In this document: positions 13,142 through 25,100 of the stretch, in pieces
How positions within the stretch are numbered: the stretch's first letter is position 1
How the letters are laid out: each line of letters opens with the position of its first letter
Source of the DNA: Tubiluchus corallicola
Lineage: Eukaryota; Animalia; Priapulida
Length of the DNA: 64,000 nt
Direction of reading: 5' to 3'
Assembly: GCA_030141605.1 (NCBI GenBank)
Contig: JAQGDQ010000179.1
Span: forward strand, 124,001-188,000
Made by a program: the position numbers and the translations under genes
Notes under the pieces: generated by a model
The model's database searches: none
The model's input: the letters and a program-made list of their open reading frames with translations, nothing else
Told to the model about the DNA's origin: nothing

Positions 13142-16100
13142 ATGAGAAACGCCGTAACAGTAGTGTTTGCGTGTTTGTTCTTGTTTTGTTTTGCTGATGA
13201 TTTAGACCTAGTGAGGGTCGAGATAAACCAAGGAATACTTGAAGGGTACAACATGGTAGTGTCTGATAATAGTAGTGTTAGTGTGTTTAAGTTTGTGCCT
13301 TTTGGGAAAGAACCAAGACGATGGATGGTAAGTATTTTGGTTGTTTTATATTTCGGCGCTTAAAGTTAATATACATGAGGTTTGAGTTAAAAAGCAATAA
13401 AAGGGGTGTCGAGAAACTATTCCTCCATCTTGCGGAAGATTTTGATGTGAAATGATTTTAGGCGAAATGACCGTGTTAAAAAGCATTTATTTTTGAGTGT
13501 CTAGTTCATTTATTTCAGTGTCTAGTTTTGCCGTTATTTACAGCTCTGTGGACATAAATAGACAGCTAAGGGAGCAATTCATGTCGGTTTCTGAATCGGA
13601 ATGGTGTCGCGATTCATTTCTTTAAGAACTGCGTTTATTTTTGATATCTGACAACAAGAAGTGGAAAGAATTTTAAAAAAAGATTTGATAATAAATATAG
13701 CTGGCCTATCATATCCGAATATCTTGTACCTTTTTAGTTAACTTGCAGGGATGACTGCAGTGACACTACAGTTTGTGACTTTTGTAGAGAGAAATATTAC
13801 TATTATAATCACTTTCACATGGTAAATCATTCTAACACGTAGATTGTTCATATTTTATTTAAATATAAGTTTGTTTCGCACATTGCAAAAGTACACTTAA
13901 AGCAAATAAATGTTTGCAAATTAACTATAAATTGCTTATTTTAATTCATATGGCAAGTCACAGAAATGAGGGAACACCTTGGATCTCTGGGAGGGGGGGG
14001 GGGGCGTCAACATGAAATACTTATTGAATTTATTTGACATTACAAAGTTAAAACACCGCCAGCAAAATTTCTTACAGCGTTGAATGTAACCTTGAAAACA
14101 TTAAGATTTTATTACGTTTTGAATTAGCAAAAAATGTTTACTGTCTGTATTTACATTCGTTGTAGGATTTGAATTTTATGTAACAACTTTTACACTTTTT
14201 CTTGTGCTTTTTTGAAAACCCGCAAAAAGACACCTGATTCTTACCTCTTACTATTTCAGAAGTGTTTCTTCTGACTTAGCGTACAAAATTTTGAATCGAG
14301 CGCAGACAATGTAAATCGCAGTGATTTGAATAAAAATTAAATGAGTAGAACAGAATTACAAAAATCAAAGATATAACTATTCTTACTGAAAATCGTGGAA
14401 CATGAGGCACCAGTGTTTGTGAACATGTGAGTCGTTGTGATTGTATTTCAGCCTCCGGAGCCCGCAGATGGTTGGGATGGAGTTCGAGATGCAACTAAGA
14501 CTGGACCAGCTTGTTATCAACGAAGTGGTGGAAATAATTCGTTAATAGGAATATACTGGCAAAGCGACGATTGTTTAAATGCAAATATCTATGCACCAGA
14601 TGTAAGAGTTCCCTCTCCCTTTGATTTTAGTGTAAACGCTAAGGAAAATGATTTAATATTCAGTCTTTAACAAAAGCTAAAGAGCACCTCGCTTCACAAA
14701 TATTTAAAAAAATTTAGTGTTTAAGACCATGAATGTTGAAAACAATAATTCAGAACCCTGACAAGTATTGTAGCATCCATTATACATGTAGTATTTGGAT
14801 GGGACAACCTACTGTTTTTGCATGTGTGCAAAAGGGTTTAGGTTTATACAAAAGATTCGACACAAAAGGTTTAGGTTTCAAATTCTAAAAAAAATTTGCA
14901 TAGTGATTTTAAACTTGTGATATGATTGCACAGTAGTACTATTGTTATTATATTATTAACTATGAGTTAACCTAATTTTCATAATAACGTGTAGGTAATC
15001 AGCAATAAAGGAGAAAAGTTTCCTGTTATGATATATTTCCATGGAGGTGGTTACAGAACAGATTGGGGTGGTAATCCCTTCTATGAAGGAGATGAACTTT
15101 CCAGATATGGCGTTGTCTACGTGGCTGGAAATTACAGACTTGGCCGTTTTGGTACAAGATTATAACATTAATTTTTTTAGTCTTTAGCAAAAAGAATATT
15201 TTTACCTTTGTCTTTTTTATATTCTTATTTACCTTCTCATGGAATTGGAGCAGTTTATTTACAGTATTCAGTTTTTTTAATGTATAAATACTGTGTCGTC
15301 CCGAAAAAACTTTCCTCCAAACATGCTTGCAGTTCTTCATTCTGGTAGAGACATTTGTAAAAAGAGACAGGCATCGTCGTGCTGTCGGGCTTTTTCTTCT
15401 TCCCAAAAGCTACAAATTTCCCTCCAAGACTCCCATTCCTCGCCGCTGAGATGTTGAAAAAACGTTCTAATGGCTCTCTTTGGTGGTCTTGAAAGAAAAT
15501 GTATAGTTCTTTGGAATAAAAAATGCACGAGAAATATGTATAATATTGTGTATGTTCCAGGAGAATCCGGACTACATGATGATTTTTTTTTAAAAAACCT
15601 TGTAGCAAGCTGAAAGGTTAATTTCTTTGGCGGGGTAATTAGACTCTAGATTAAAGATATGATTCAGGGAAAACAGCAAAATTAACAAAAGAAACTCCAA
15701 ATTTTTTAATAAACGATGAAAGTTAAGCTAAAGCAACAATAAGTACCATTGAAATTGAAGTTTTTATATTGGTTATGACTTATCTTTTCTAGGATTCTTG
15801 GGGACTGAGGATGAAGCAGCTCCAGGCAACTATGGCATGTTAGATCAGGTTCTACTGATGACATGGGTGCAGGAAAATATCGAATATTTCAATGGTGATC
15901 CAACTCGAGTGACCATATTTGGCGAAAGCGCAGGTGGCGCCTCTGTATCCACGCATATGCTGTCACCAAAAGCGTCAGGTGCTACTAGCTTACATAAATT
16001 TGCATTTCAATGTGAAACAAATTAAAGGTGGAGAACGTCACCATTAATGCCACCTGCATACCAGTACCTACGATTGTACAGAAAAAACAAAAGGAATAAA

Positions 16101-19100
16101 TAAAAACCTGCGAAAAAAAGATTTGATTTGGGTACAGAAAACTAATCATAATATCTGTGAGGCAGCTCTGACGCTCAGACAAGTAGTCGACGGGGGGGGG
16201 GAGGGAGCAATGGGCTCTCCCTTTTCATCGAATTTAAAAAAATACGCACATTTTATATCATTCCTAGCTGATAGCCACAATTTGCATACAGTGAGAGCAA
16301 ATGTGGTCTATTTGTAAAATGTTTGTTTTGTCAAGTTGAAAGCATTACTCCTAGAAGAAGCATCACCTACCACAATAGCGCCCAGTGGATCGATTATACG
16401 ATCAATTCTCTGTCCAATGATGTGCCACACAGCAGCTACTACCACTGGGCTGCCACGCTACGCCCGTTTTTCAGGACCCATGTCGGTACCATACTTATAC
16501 TTATATAGCAGGTATCGACATGGTTTCCTTTAAACGCTCTCTGAACGGAAGCCATATCGTTGGATTTGCAATGATACGTAGAATCTGATGCACTGCGTCA
16601 AAGTCGCGAGCCGTTTCGCCACAATACTGCAAAAAATAGAATGTCCGGTCGGGATCCATGTCAGGATCAGCTGTTATGTTCAGTCTACGTTGTTTATAGT
16701 TTCCGAGATATGCAGCTTTTTAGAATAACTCAAAAACTAGACAGTGCTACTTGACCAAATTTGGTGTACTTGTAGCTAGGGTAGAGGGAAGCCTTAGCTT
16801 TTAATTTTGGGTCGTAACCCGTTGACTTGCCTGAGTTATATGACCCGAAAACTCTCAAAATATGTCACTTTCTGATAAACCATCACTCCTTCAAGAAGCA
16901 CCACCTATCCAAACGAAAAAAGTACTATGCTTTCCTATAGAAACCCCGCTAACGTAATTCTGTTACATAATTACTCTCCTGTTACATAATTACTCTTATG
17001 TTACATAATTATTCTTTTGTTACATAATAATATAATACCACGTAGAAATGATCAGAACCTGCAGCATTACTTTGATAACAACTTTGTTGTTTTATTTATT
17101 TTGTTTCTATTTAGGGTTTTTTCACCGAGCTATAGAGCAAAGCGGAAGTGCAGCCTCCGTATGGGGAGTTCAGCCCAATCCTCGCAAGTATGCCCTGCGT
17201 TTGGCAGAAGCCCTTGGATGCCCTTCCGCCCCCAACAATCTTCAAGAGACGCACGAAATGATGGACTGCATGAAGGCAAAACCCACTATGGAAGTGCTCA
17301 GAGCGAGCATTTATGTACGTTTTTCCTTTAAGAGTCTAGTTTTTAGATATTAAACGGCGATGAACTCGAATTAATAAACTTAATGGTTTATAATGGTTAA
17401 CCTAATTATGAAAAATTATGATCCAATCAGGATTCGAACCCAAAATGTAGTGGTATCGCACCACACGCTCTACCATTAGAACTGTCAACTCACATAGCAG
17501 ATATAACTGATCTAGTAGCACACAGTTCAAGCAGAGCCACCTATTCTCATTAAGGTGCAACTATCTAATTTATTCAAATTAATTGGTTTTTTGTTTTTTC
17601 TGACTTCAGATCTGCTCTATTGTGTGAGCTGACGGCTCCAATGGTTTGCCATTAGGTTAAATTGTTCATTAAACATCAGGTAAAACCGTTAGATTTATCG
17701 GTGCTGACTTATTACGATTCAATAACTAAAAATCTGATATTGTGTTAAAGCCTGCTAATTTGATCACACTGCATGGTTAATCTCAAATTTTTCTAAACTG
17801 CTTCATCCGCTGTGAGTTTGAATTTCTGCACTCAGCGTTATGGCTTAAATTTCACGGTCATTAAAGCACAAGAAAATCGTATGCCTACATAAAGCTTACA
17901 TAAAAAATTCGTCTCGAAATTTTATACCACTTACGTACTACCTTTTCGTATGCATGGCTTGCATCGGCCGTAACGCTGTATGAAACGTGTAAATTTAAAC
18001 TCCCGCGATGACCGTTAGGCGCAGCCATTTTTATGGTAGGTCGTTTGAAACAAGTTTTGATAACATTAAGTAAAGTTTGAAAAAATAATCGGAGCATTCG
18101 TAGCATACATGTTGCTAATTAAGTAAAATTTAAAATTACTGTATCTTGTCAATAAGATTGGCGCACCCTGGAGGATGAGTCTGCGACATTTCACCAATTG
18201 GCACAAACATTTTAAATTATTAGTCCAGTTACATAAGTCTTTCCAGCAGATAAGTGAAATGCTAACTAATATAGATTTGCACGGAAAATCTTTTGGGTCA
18301 TAATTTAACAGGGGTCTTTTCTTCCCCTGATTTACGCAGCTTAGTGACGTCATGTAATGGCGCCGTCGGAACAGTATAGCGGGGATTTAAAACGAAAATT
18401 CCTTTCAACGCTAATACGATATGTGCATAAAATTGCTGTAAAGTAGTATAATTTTTAAGGCGATTTTTCTGAAACCTACTTCAGGTGTCCCTTTTCTTGT
18501 CTTTTAAAAAATTGGCAATTCTAGTTCTTCGTCCAAGCACGTAGACTCAGCATTCAACTAATGATAAGTACATATAAATAGTTTGTTATCCTGAGTCAGC
18601 AATACAAGCTCAGAGTTTAAGAGGAGTCGAAAAGATCGACATTTAGACAGAAAAATCACTTAGTTCTTTCATTATTTTAAGACCTTCAGGCATTCGTGTC
18701 ATGTTCAGAAAATGTTAACGAAAAACAAAATATCAACAGAAATTGTTGTAAAATACAGTTAAAAGATATTACAAAATGCCAAACTATTTTACACAACAAA
18801 GTTAGAAATTAATTTTAATACTAAATTATGTTATTTCTGCATTTGCCTTTGCTGTTAATCAATTAATCAATTTATTGTAACATACCTATTGTAAGAAGAA
18901 ATGTGAGCGTTAAGCCTTGAGTATTTATACCGTGTCTAGTCTGAAGACTCATTATTACAGTTGAAAAGGGCACCCAAAATGATTTATATTAGACAGGTGA
19001 TGCAGCAGAAGCATTTGCACCGTGTGTCGATGGTTTCATGGGAGAAGACAGTTACTTACCTGACTATCCTCGAAATCTTTACAATTCTGGACAATACAAT

Positions 19101-22100
19101 CACGTGCCGTTTATTGGAGGAGTCAACAAAGATGAAGGAGCAAATCTGTTGGGTTTGTGTAAAAATTACTTTTATGTACTTCACCTTCACATCAGTTAAG
19201 CCTACACACAGTGATGCGAAATAGCACTATAACAGCACAGAAAAGCTTTTGCAGTTTCATTTAAGTAAATAAAACTGTTTCTAGACTGACTACAAAACTT
19301 ATTACTGATTTTTTTTCATTATTCGGCACTTTCTTATCGTTATTGTAAAAAAATATGACAAGCAAACAAAGTAAAAAAATTCCATAAGCTTGACAATAGC
19401 GCAGGTAGTTGTCTTCTGTAACGCATGGACATGCCCGCCTTTAAATATCTAATATTTTTAATCCTTAATCGGTCAGAGAATCAATCAGAATCGCAACAAA
19501 GTCCGCATTTGTGATTCTGGTTGCCTCCCTGATCAGTTAATGATTAAAAATGATTCATGACAGAAAATATTTCGGAGCACATCAATAAGTTATGAACCAG
19601 CTTCAATTATGAAATAGGTCAGCATTTCTTCACGAGTGTTTAACAAATCGTGACTTTCTTACATAGGTGTACTGAAACCCAAAATATCGTTCTCAGGACT
19701 TCTGGTTTTCGGTTCATAAGCGCCTATAGTTTGCTCTTGTTTTTTGTTACGATTCTTAGAGGAGCTGATTAAAAAACCAGTTTCTCATTTTGGATTCATT
19801 CTTTCTTTCCTTCCGGTCTTTTCCTTATATCTGTGGAATTATGAGTCTCTGCCACAACAACAGAGAAAGTTGTTTCCCTGAAAAGTACAACGTCGACGTA
19901 TTCAAGAAGAATATCAATATATACCTTCTATCATTAATGAATTAATTATATGAATTCTGTTTCTCTGAAGTTTGAACATGTATTCGTCACTTCACCTTTT
20001 TCATGTAGCCTTTTACCTTGTGGCGCTTTATATAAAAAATTGGGTCAGAAAAAATAAAAAGTGCAACAACCGACTGTTCAGCATTTTCCTCTTGTACTTC
20101 AGTAGTATACTATCAGTGTTTAGTTCGTATTGCAGAAGTCTGCAATGGCATATTTGAAAAACCTGTTACGCGGGCTGTCAATAGAATATACATGGTTTTG
20201 CTAACATGATTGATAATTATGTTTTCCCAGAGACCACATGAACAAAACGTGTTAAGTTATACATTTGCAGCACAAAGAGAACTAATAATAGCCTGTCTGT
20301 ATTGTCATGATACACGCCATTTAATATTATTAAGTAACTTGTTTGATGTTGCTGGAAACGATGTTTATATAAAGTCAACTGGAATTATCGATTAGATTGC
20401 CATACTGGCCTGGTGAAGAAATCAGCAAACAAGAAAAAGTATAAGGGATCCACAACCGTAACTTTATCATCACAAACAAAGTATCCAGAGAAAAAGTCAT
20501 ATAAAATGGCAAAAACATTGATATCGTTCATGTTCCTCATTAAGTATCATGCTCTAGTAAAGGCTGAGATGAACATCTACAACATCTGTAACACTAGTGT
20601 AGAAAAGAAACATGGTGATGTTGAAAATAAAGGAATCGAAAGCGCACTAAACCAGTCATATGTTGTATACAGCGCTGGACTTAAAGCTGGTGACATTTTA
20701 CTCAATGGTGAGAACCTAAATGTTGGTTTATATGAAGGTCTTGATGGACCACAGGTACTTTTACCGATCCTTGATTCGCTGAGTGTCGCATTAAACTTTA
20801 CGTACACAAGAAGATATCTTAAATTTAATGAAACATCGTTTAATGAGGCATTGAGCAATGGGGAGATAGATCTATTGCTGGAACTACTTTTGGTAGTTAG
20901 AGGAAGAACAGAGTATATGACATTCTTGCAACCGATCTTTTACTCGCCTCAAGTTTTTGTGATACCGAGAAAAGGTTACGAAGGTTTTAGTTTAGCAGAT
21001 ACTTTTACCTGGGTTATTTGGTTACTTTTGGTAATTTACAGTATAGTAATCGTACTAGTCTTATGGGTTCTATATTTCAAAAAGACATCAGGGAACGATT
21101 CAGAGGATACTAAATATGGACTCACTAATTTCGTGCTACACGCACTATCGTCATTTCTGGCGCAAGGGTGGACTTACCAACCCCGCAGAACACCTTCAAG
21201 AATCATAATTGCATTTTGGTGGCTGTTCACTATTATCGTGGCAACCATGTTCACGGGGACTTTGGTTAGCAAACTGTTTGTGAGCAACGTCAACTATCCT
21301 TTTAAATCACTACAAGAATTAGTAGACAGTGACATAACCCCAGTTACAATTGGTAATTTTGTTGATACGCAAATGCTGAAGCGGAGTGACCCAGATTCAT
21401 ATTACGGAAAACTTTGGAAGAAAATGGAAGCCGATGAAAATGTCCCAGCCGAATCTTCTGCAGTGGCAATGGAATTAACACTTACTGGGAAGTACACGTA
21501 TTTCCGTTCACAATACGAGGCAATGTTAAACGTGGCGCAAGATTACAAGAAACATGGAAGATGCAGATTTGCATTTGCGCCTATCACATCTGTACCACGC
21601 CCGATAGCAATGGCCGTTCCAAAGAAAAGCAGGTATGAAGATGTACTGAATTATGGGTTGGATCTATTGTTTCAAGCTCATGAAATAGACAGAGTAACGC
21701 ATTTAATGATAAATCCAGCAAAAAAGTGCTTTGAGACACCTTCGCAAATTGTGGGAGCCTCTGCAATCACTATCGATCAATTGAACACAGTCTTTTTACC
21801 ACTTTTCTTGGGATTTGGTGTTGGCATTATTACTGTACTAGTTGAGATTATTCATAATAAGGTCAAATGTTGAGCATGTAACCTAGACGTAGGCAAAAAT
21901 TGAAAGTTTCTGCGAAAATGTTAAAAAAACCGTTAAAATTGCAATTAAAGATTCAATATTCCAAATTTTGTTGTAGAGATTGCAAAAAGATACGTCAGCT
22001 CTTTCGAAGTAACAGTTTTTGTTTGTTTGTTTTCTTTCTAGTCAAAGCGCGACCCAAATCGCAACTCGTCTAACTGTTGTTCTTGTTCTTGTTGCTAGTA

Positions 22101-25100
22101 TCACTTTTTTTTGAAAAAAGCTCAAAACTCTTTAAATTTGCAATGGATCGTCAACAAAACTTTACAGGAAAATACTACAATGAATTTCGGATCCCCTGAC
22201 AGAGCCAGATTTCCTATCTGCCATTTTGAATTCAATATAGCGGCGATAACATTCTATTCGAAAAACCTACAGGAATGTATTAGAAATAATGCAATATAAT
22301 ACAATATAATACAATATATAAATAATATATATATATATATATTAGAACCAATTTGCGATACGTTATTTCGAATTCAAGATGGCTTCAATTTCGAGAAAAG
22401 ATTAGGACTTCGGGAATTCGCAACGAATCGTCACGAAACTCTACAGGAGTATGCTAGAACGAGTTCTGAATCGACTGACAGAGTCCGATTTTCGATCTGC
22501 CGTTTTAAACACAAGATGGTGATGATACATTTCCGGAAAAAGCCCAAGGATCTGCAAATGAGCTGTCACGAAACTTCGCAAGAATGTACTAGAATTCCGC
22601 ATCGCTTGGCAGGTCTTTAATCCGCTGTTTTCAATTCAAGACGGCGGTGATAACATTATTTTCGTAAAAATTCTTAAGCTTTCCCAATTTGTTATGGATT
22701 GTTATGAAACTTCACAGTTTCTATGAAAAGTATTCTAAGAAAAATACACTAGACAAATTCTTCATCCACTGTCGAAGTCGCATTTTTGATTTGCGTCTTG
22801 AATTAAAGATGACGGCGATACTTCGTTTTCGAAAAAAGCTTAAGGCTGTACCAGTTCGCAAAGGATCGTCATGAAACTTTACAGGAATTTACTAGGTCAA
22901 TTTTCGCGCTGACTTTCCGAGTCGGTGTTTCGATTTGACATTTTGAATTCAAGATGGCAGCGATGACCATTTTCGTAAAAAAGTCTAAGGCTCTGTCAAT
23001 TTGCAATGGATCGTCATGAAACTTTATAGAAACATATTAGAACGATGGAGTCAAATTTGAGATCCGTTATTTCAAATTCAAGATGGCTTCAATTATAAAA
23101 AAAGAATAGGACTTCGAGAATTCGCAACGAATCGTCACGAAACTCTACAGGAGTATGCTAGAATGAGTTCTAAATCGACTGACAGAGTCCGATTTTCGAT
23201 CTGCCATTTTCAACACAAGATGGTGAAACTTTATAGAAACATATTAGAACGATGGAGTCAAATTTGACATCCGTTATTTCAAATTCAAGATGGCTTCAAT
23301 TTCAAAAAAGAATAGGGCTTCGAGATTTCTAATCCAGCAGTTCAGCGAGTCCCTCGGCCAACAGTTCGGGCCGAATTGTTAAGCCCAGACATATGTTTAT
23401 AAGCAAGTATTCTAAAACAAATTAAAAACAACACTCGCTATAATCAACAAGCGTCCTAATTCGGATTCTGCGCCACTATAGATTAAACATTTATATCAAA
23501 ATCAACAATTCAGTAAAATTTAATATCAAATTTCCACCGCACGAGTAAGACACAGTTATAAACCAATTTATAATATCGCGTACCTTATATAAATATACAA
23601 AAGAAAAACAAAATTATTATTATTTACAAGGATAATAAAAATTTAGTATAGCGCACGAAGCAAGGGCATGTTAGCAAATCGAGGTTTGCTTTTTTAATTC
23701 TAGTAAATAGGTTGTTTAAGTAAGATTTAGCTTTAATTGTCTTTTTTCTTTGTGCCCCATTGTTATCGCAGCTGCCTTACTGTGCAATCTTCAATCCTCA
23801 ATCGTTAATTCGATAAGGTCAACAGACATCTAAACTGAAATGGTGCGTGACGTCAAAGTGCGCTGTGCATCAACCAACAATGTCCATTCGATATCACAAA
23901 GGAACAAGGTGCTAGGTGCACTGACACATTTGCCTTCAGCGGTTTATGTTTTTTTTTATTAATAAACGCTGATTGATTATCTCTGTAAATTTATTTTCAC
24001 ATATTGTCGGTGGTTTTGTGGTAAATAAATATTAAGTTTTCTTACATTATATTATGTATTTCGAACAAGACTTGTAGAATATACAGATTATAGATTAATA
24101 TCAATATCAAAAGTTTTTTCAAATGTTCGAAATTGCAAACGAGTGAGTGAGTGATTAGTGATGAACGATATTCGTTTATTGACTAGGTGATGTCCTGTCG
24201 GTCCGTTCTTCTTAGAACAAAGTTCTTATACGGTTCGGTAGCACATTACAATGTAGTGTAGTGAACAGCTGCAGATAATCAAATGGATGTGGCAAGACCG
24301 AACCTATCTGGTTATCAACAATAATTATCTAACACGAAACACAAAATCGACAGAGTTTCCAGCTCTAGCGTAGACAGAGTATGCACACATTTTGACTGAA
24401 AGCCATTTGAAACAAGTTTAGATAACATTGCGTAGAGTTTAAAAAATAATCACAGCACTCGTAGAGCACACACACTTCACTCATTTAGCAAAAGTATAAA
24501 TTACTGTATTTTGTTAATAAGATTAAAAATACGTTTTTAGTGAATCAGTGATGCATAATGGGAAGCTGGGTCTGGGGCCTTTTTACTAGAGTATACATCT
24601 TTCATTATATGTCGTCGAAGGAGATGTTTTATAACGTCTTTCAATGATAATTTTAATCAGTCCTAAAAACTACATAAAGGTGGAAAAAATAATGGCACGT
24701 CGCATAACTATTGATCACTACATGCAGTTGCGTGTCTGATAATTGATATATTTCAATGCGATATACATTACTGTTTCAATAAGCCTTTAGCTGCTGTCAT
24801 TTTAGTCAATTCGCATTGTTTGTATACTGTCAGAACTATATACTCGTAAGTTAATGGTACACAAGATATCAATGTTTTGGTATTGTGATACGAATATAAC
24901 AAATGTGTACCGATACGAATATAATGATATAGTATCTAGCATTGACAGACACCAAAATAACAAGGCAATCATTTCACTATTTTTGTGGATAAGATGTTCT
25001 AGCAATGAACTGCTTTCCAGATCTAGAAGGAAAATAGAACCAGGTTTTCTTTGCGCCTTTTCTCATTCGCCATATTACCCAGCTGTTTTCTTTTCGTTTT

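Noticed and set aside
17428-17480. tRNA gene (ggattcgaaccc B-box-like; similar at 33100-33160, 49210-49285, 58190-58240)
   Set aside because: No complete cloverleaf; these are tRNA-derived pieces inside dispersed repeats.
19153-21873. IR ORFs as alternative terminal exons making an esterase-channel fusion protein
   Set aside because: Both ORFs have their own ATG and signal-like segment, and I found no convincing polypyrimidine-AG acceptor in the needed phase. It cannot be fully excluded without transcript data.
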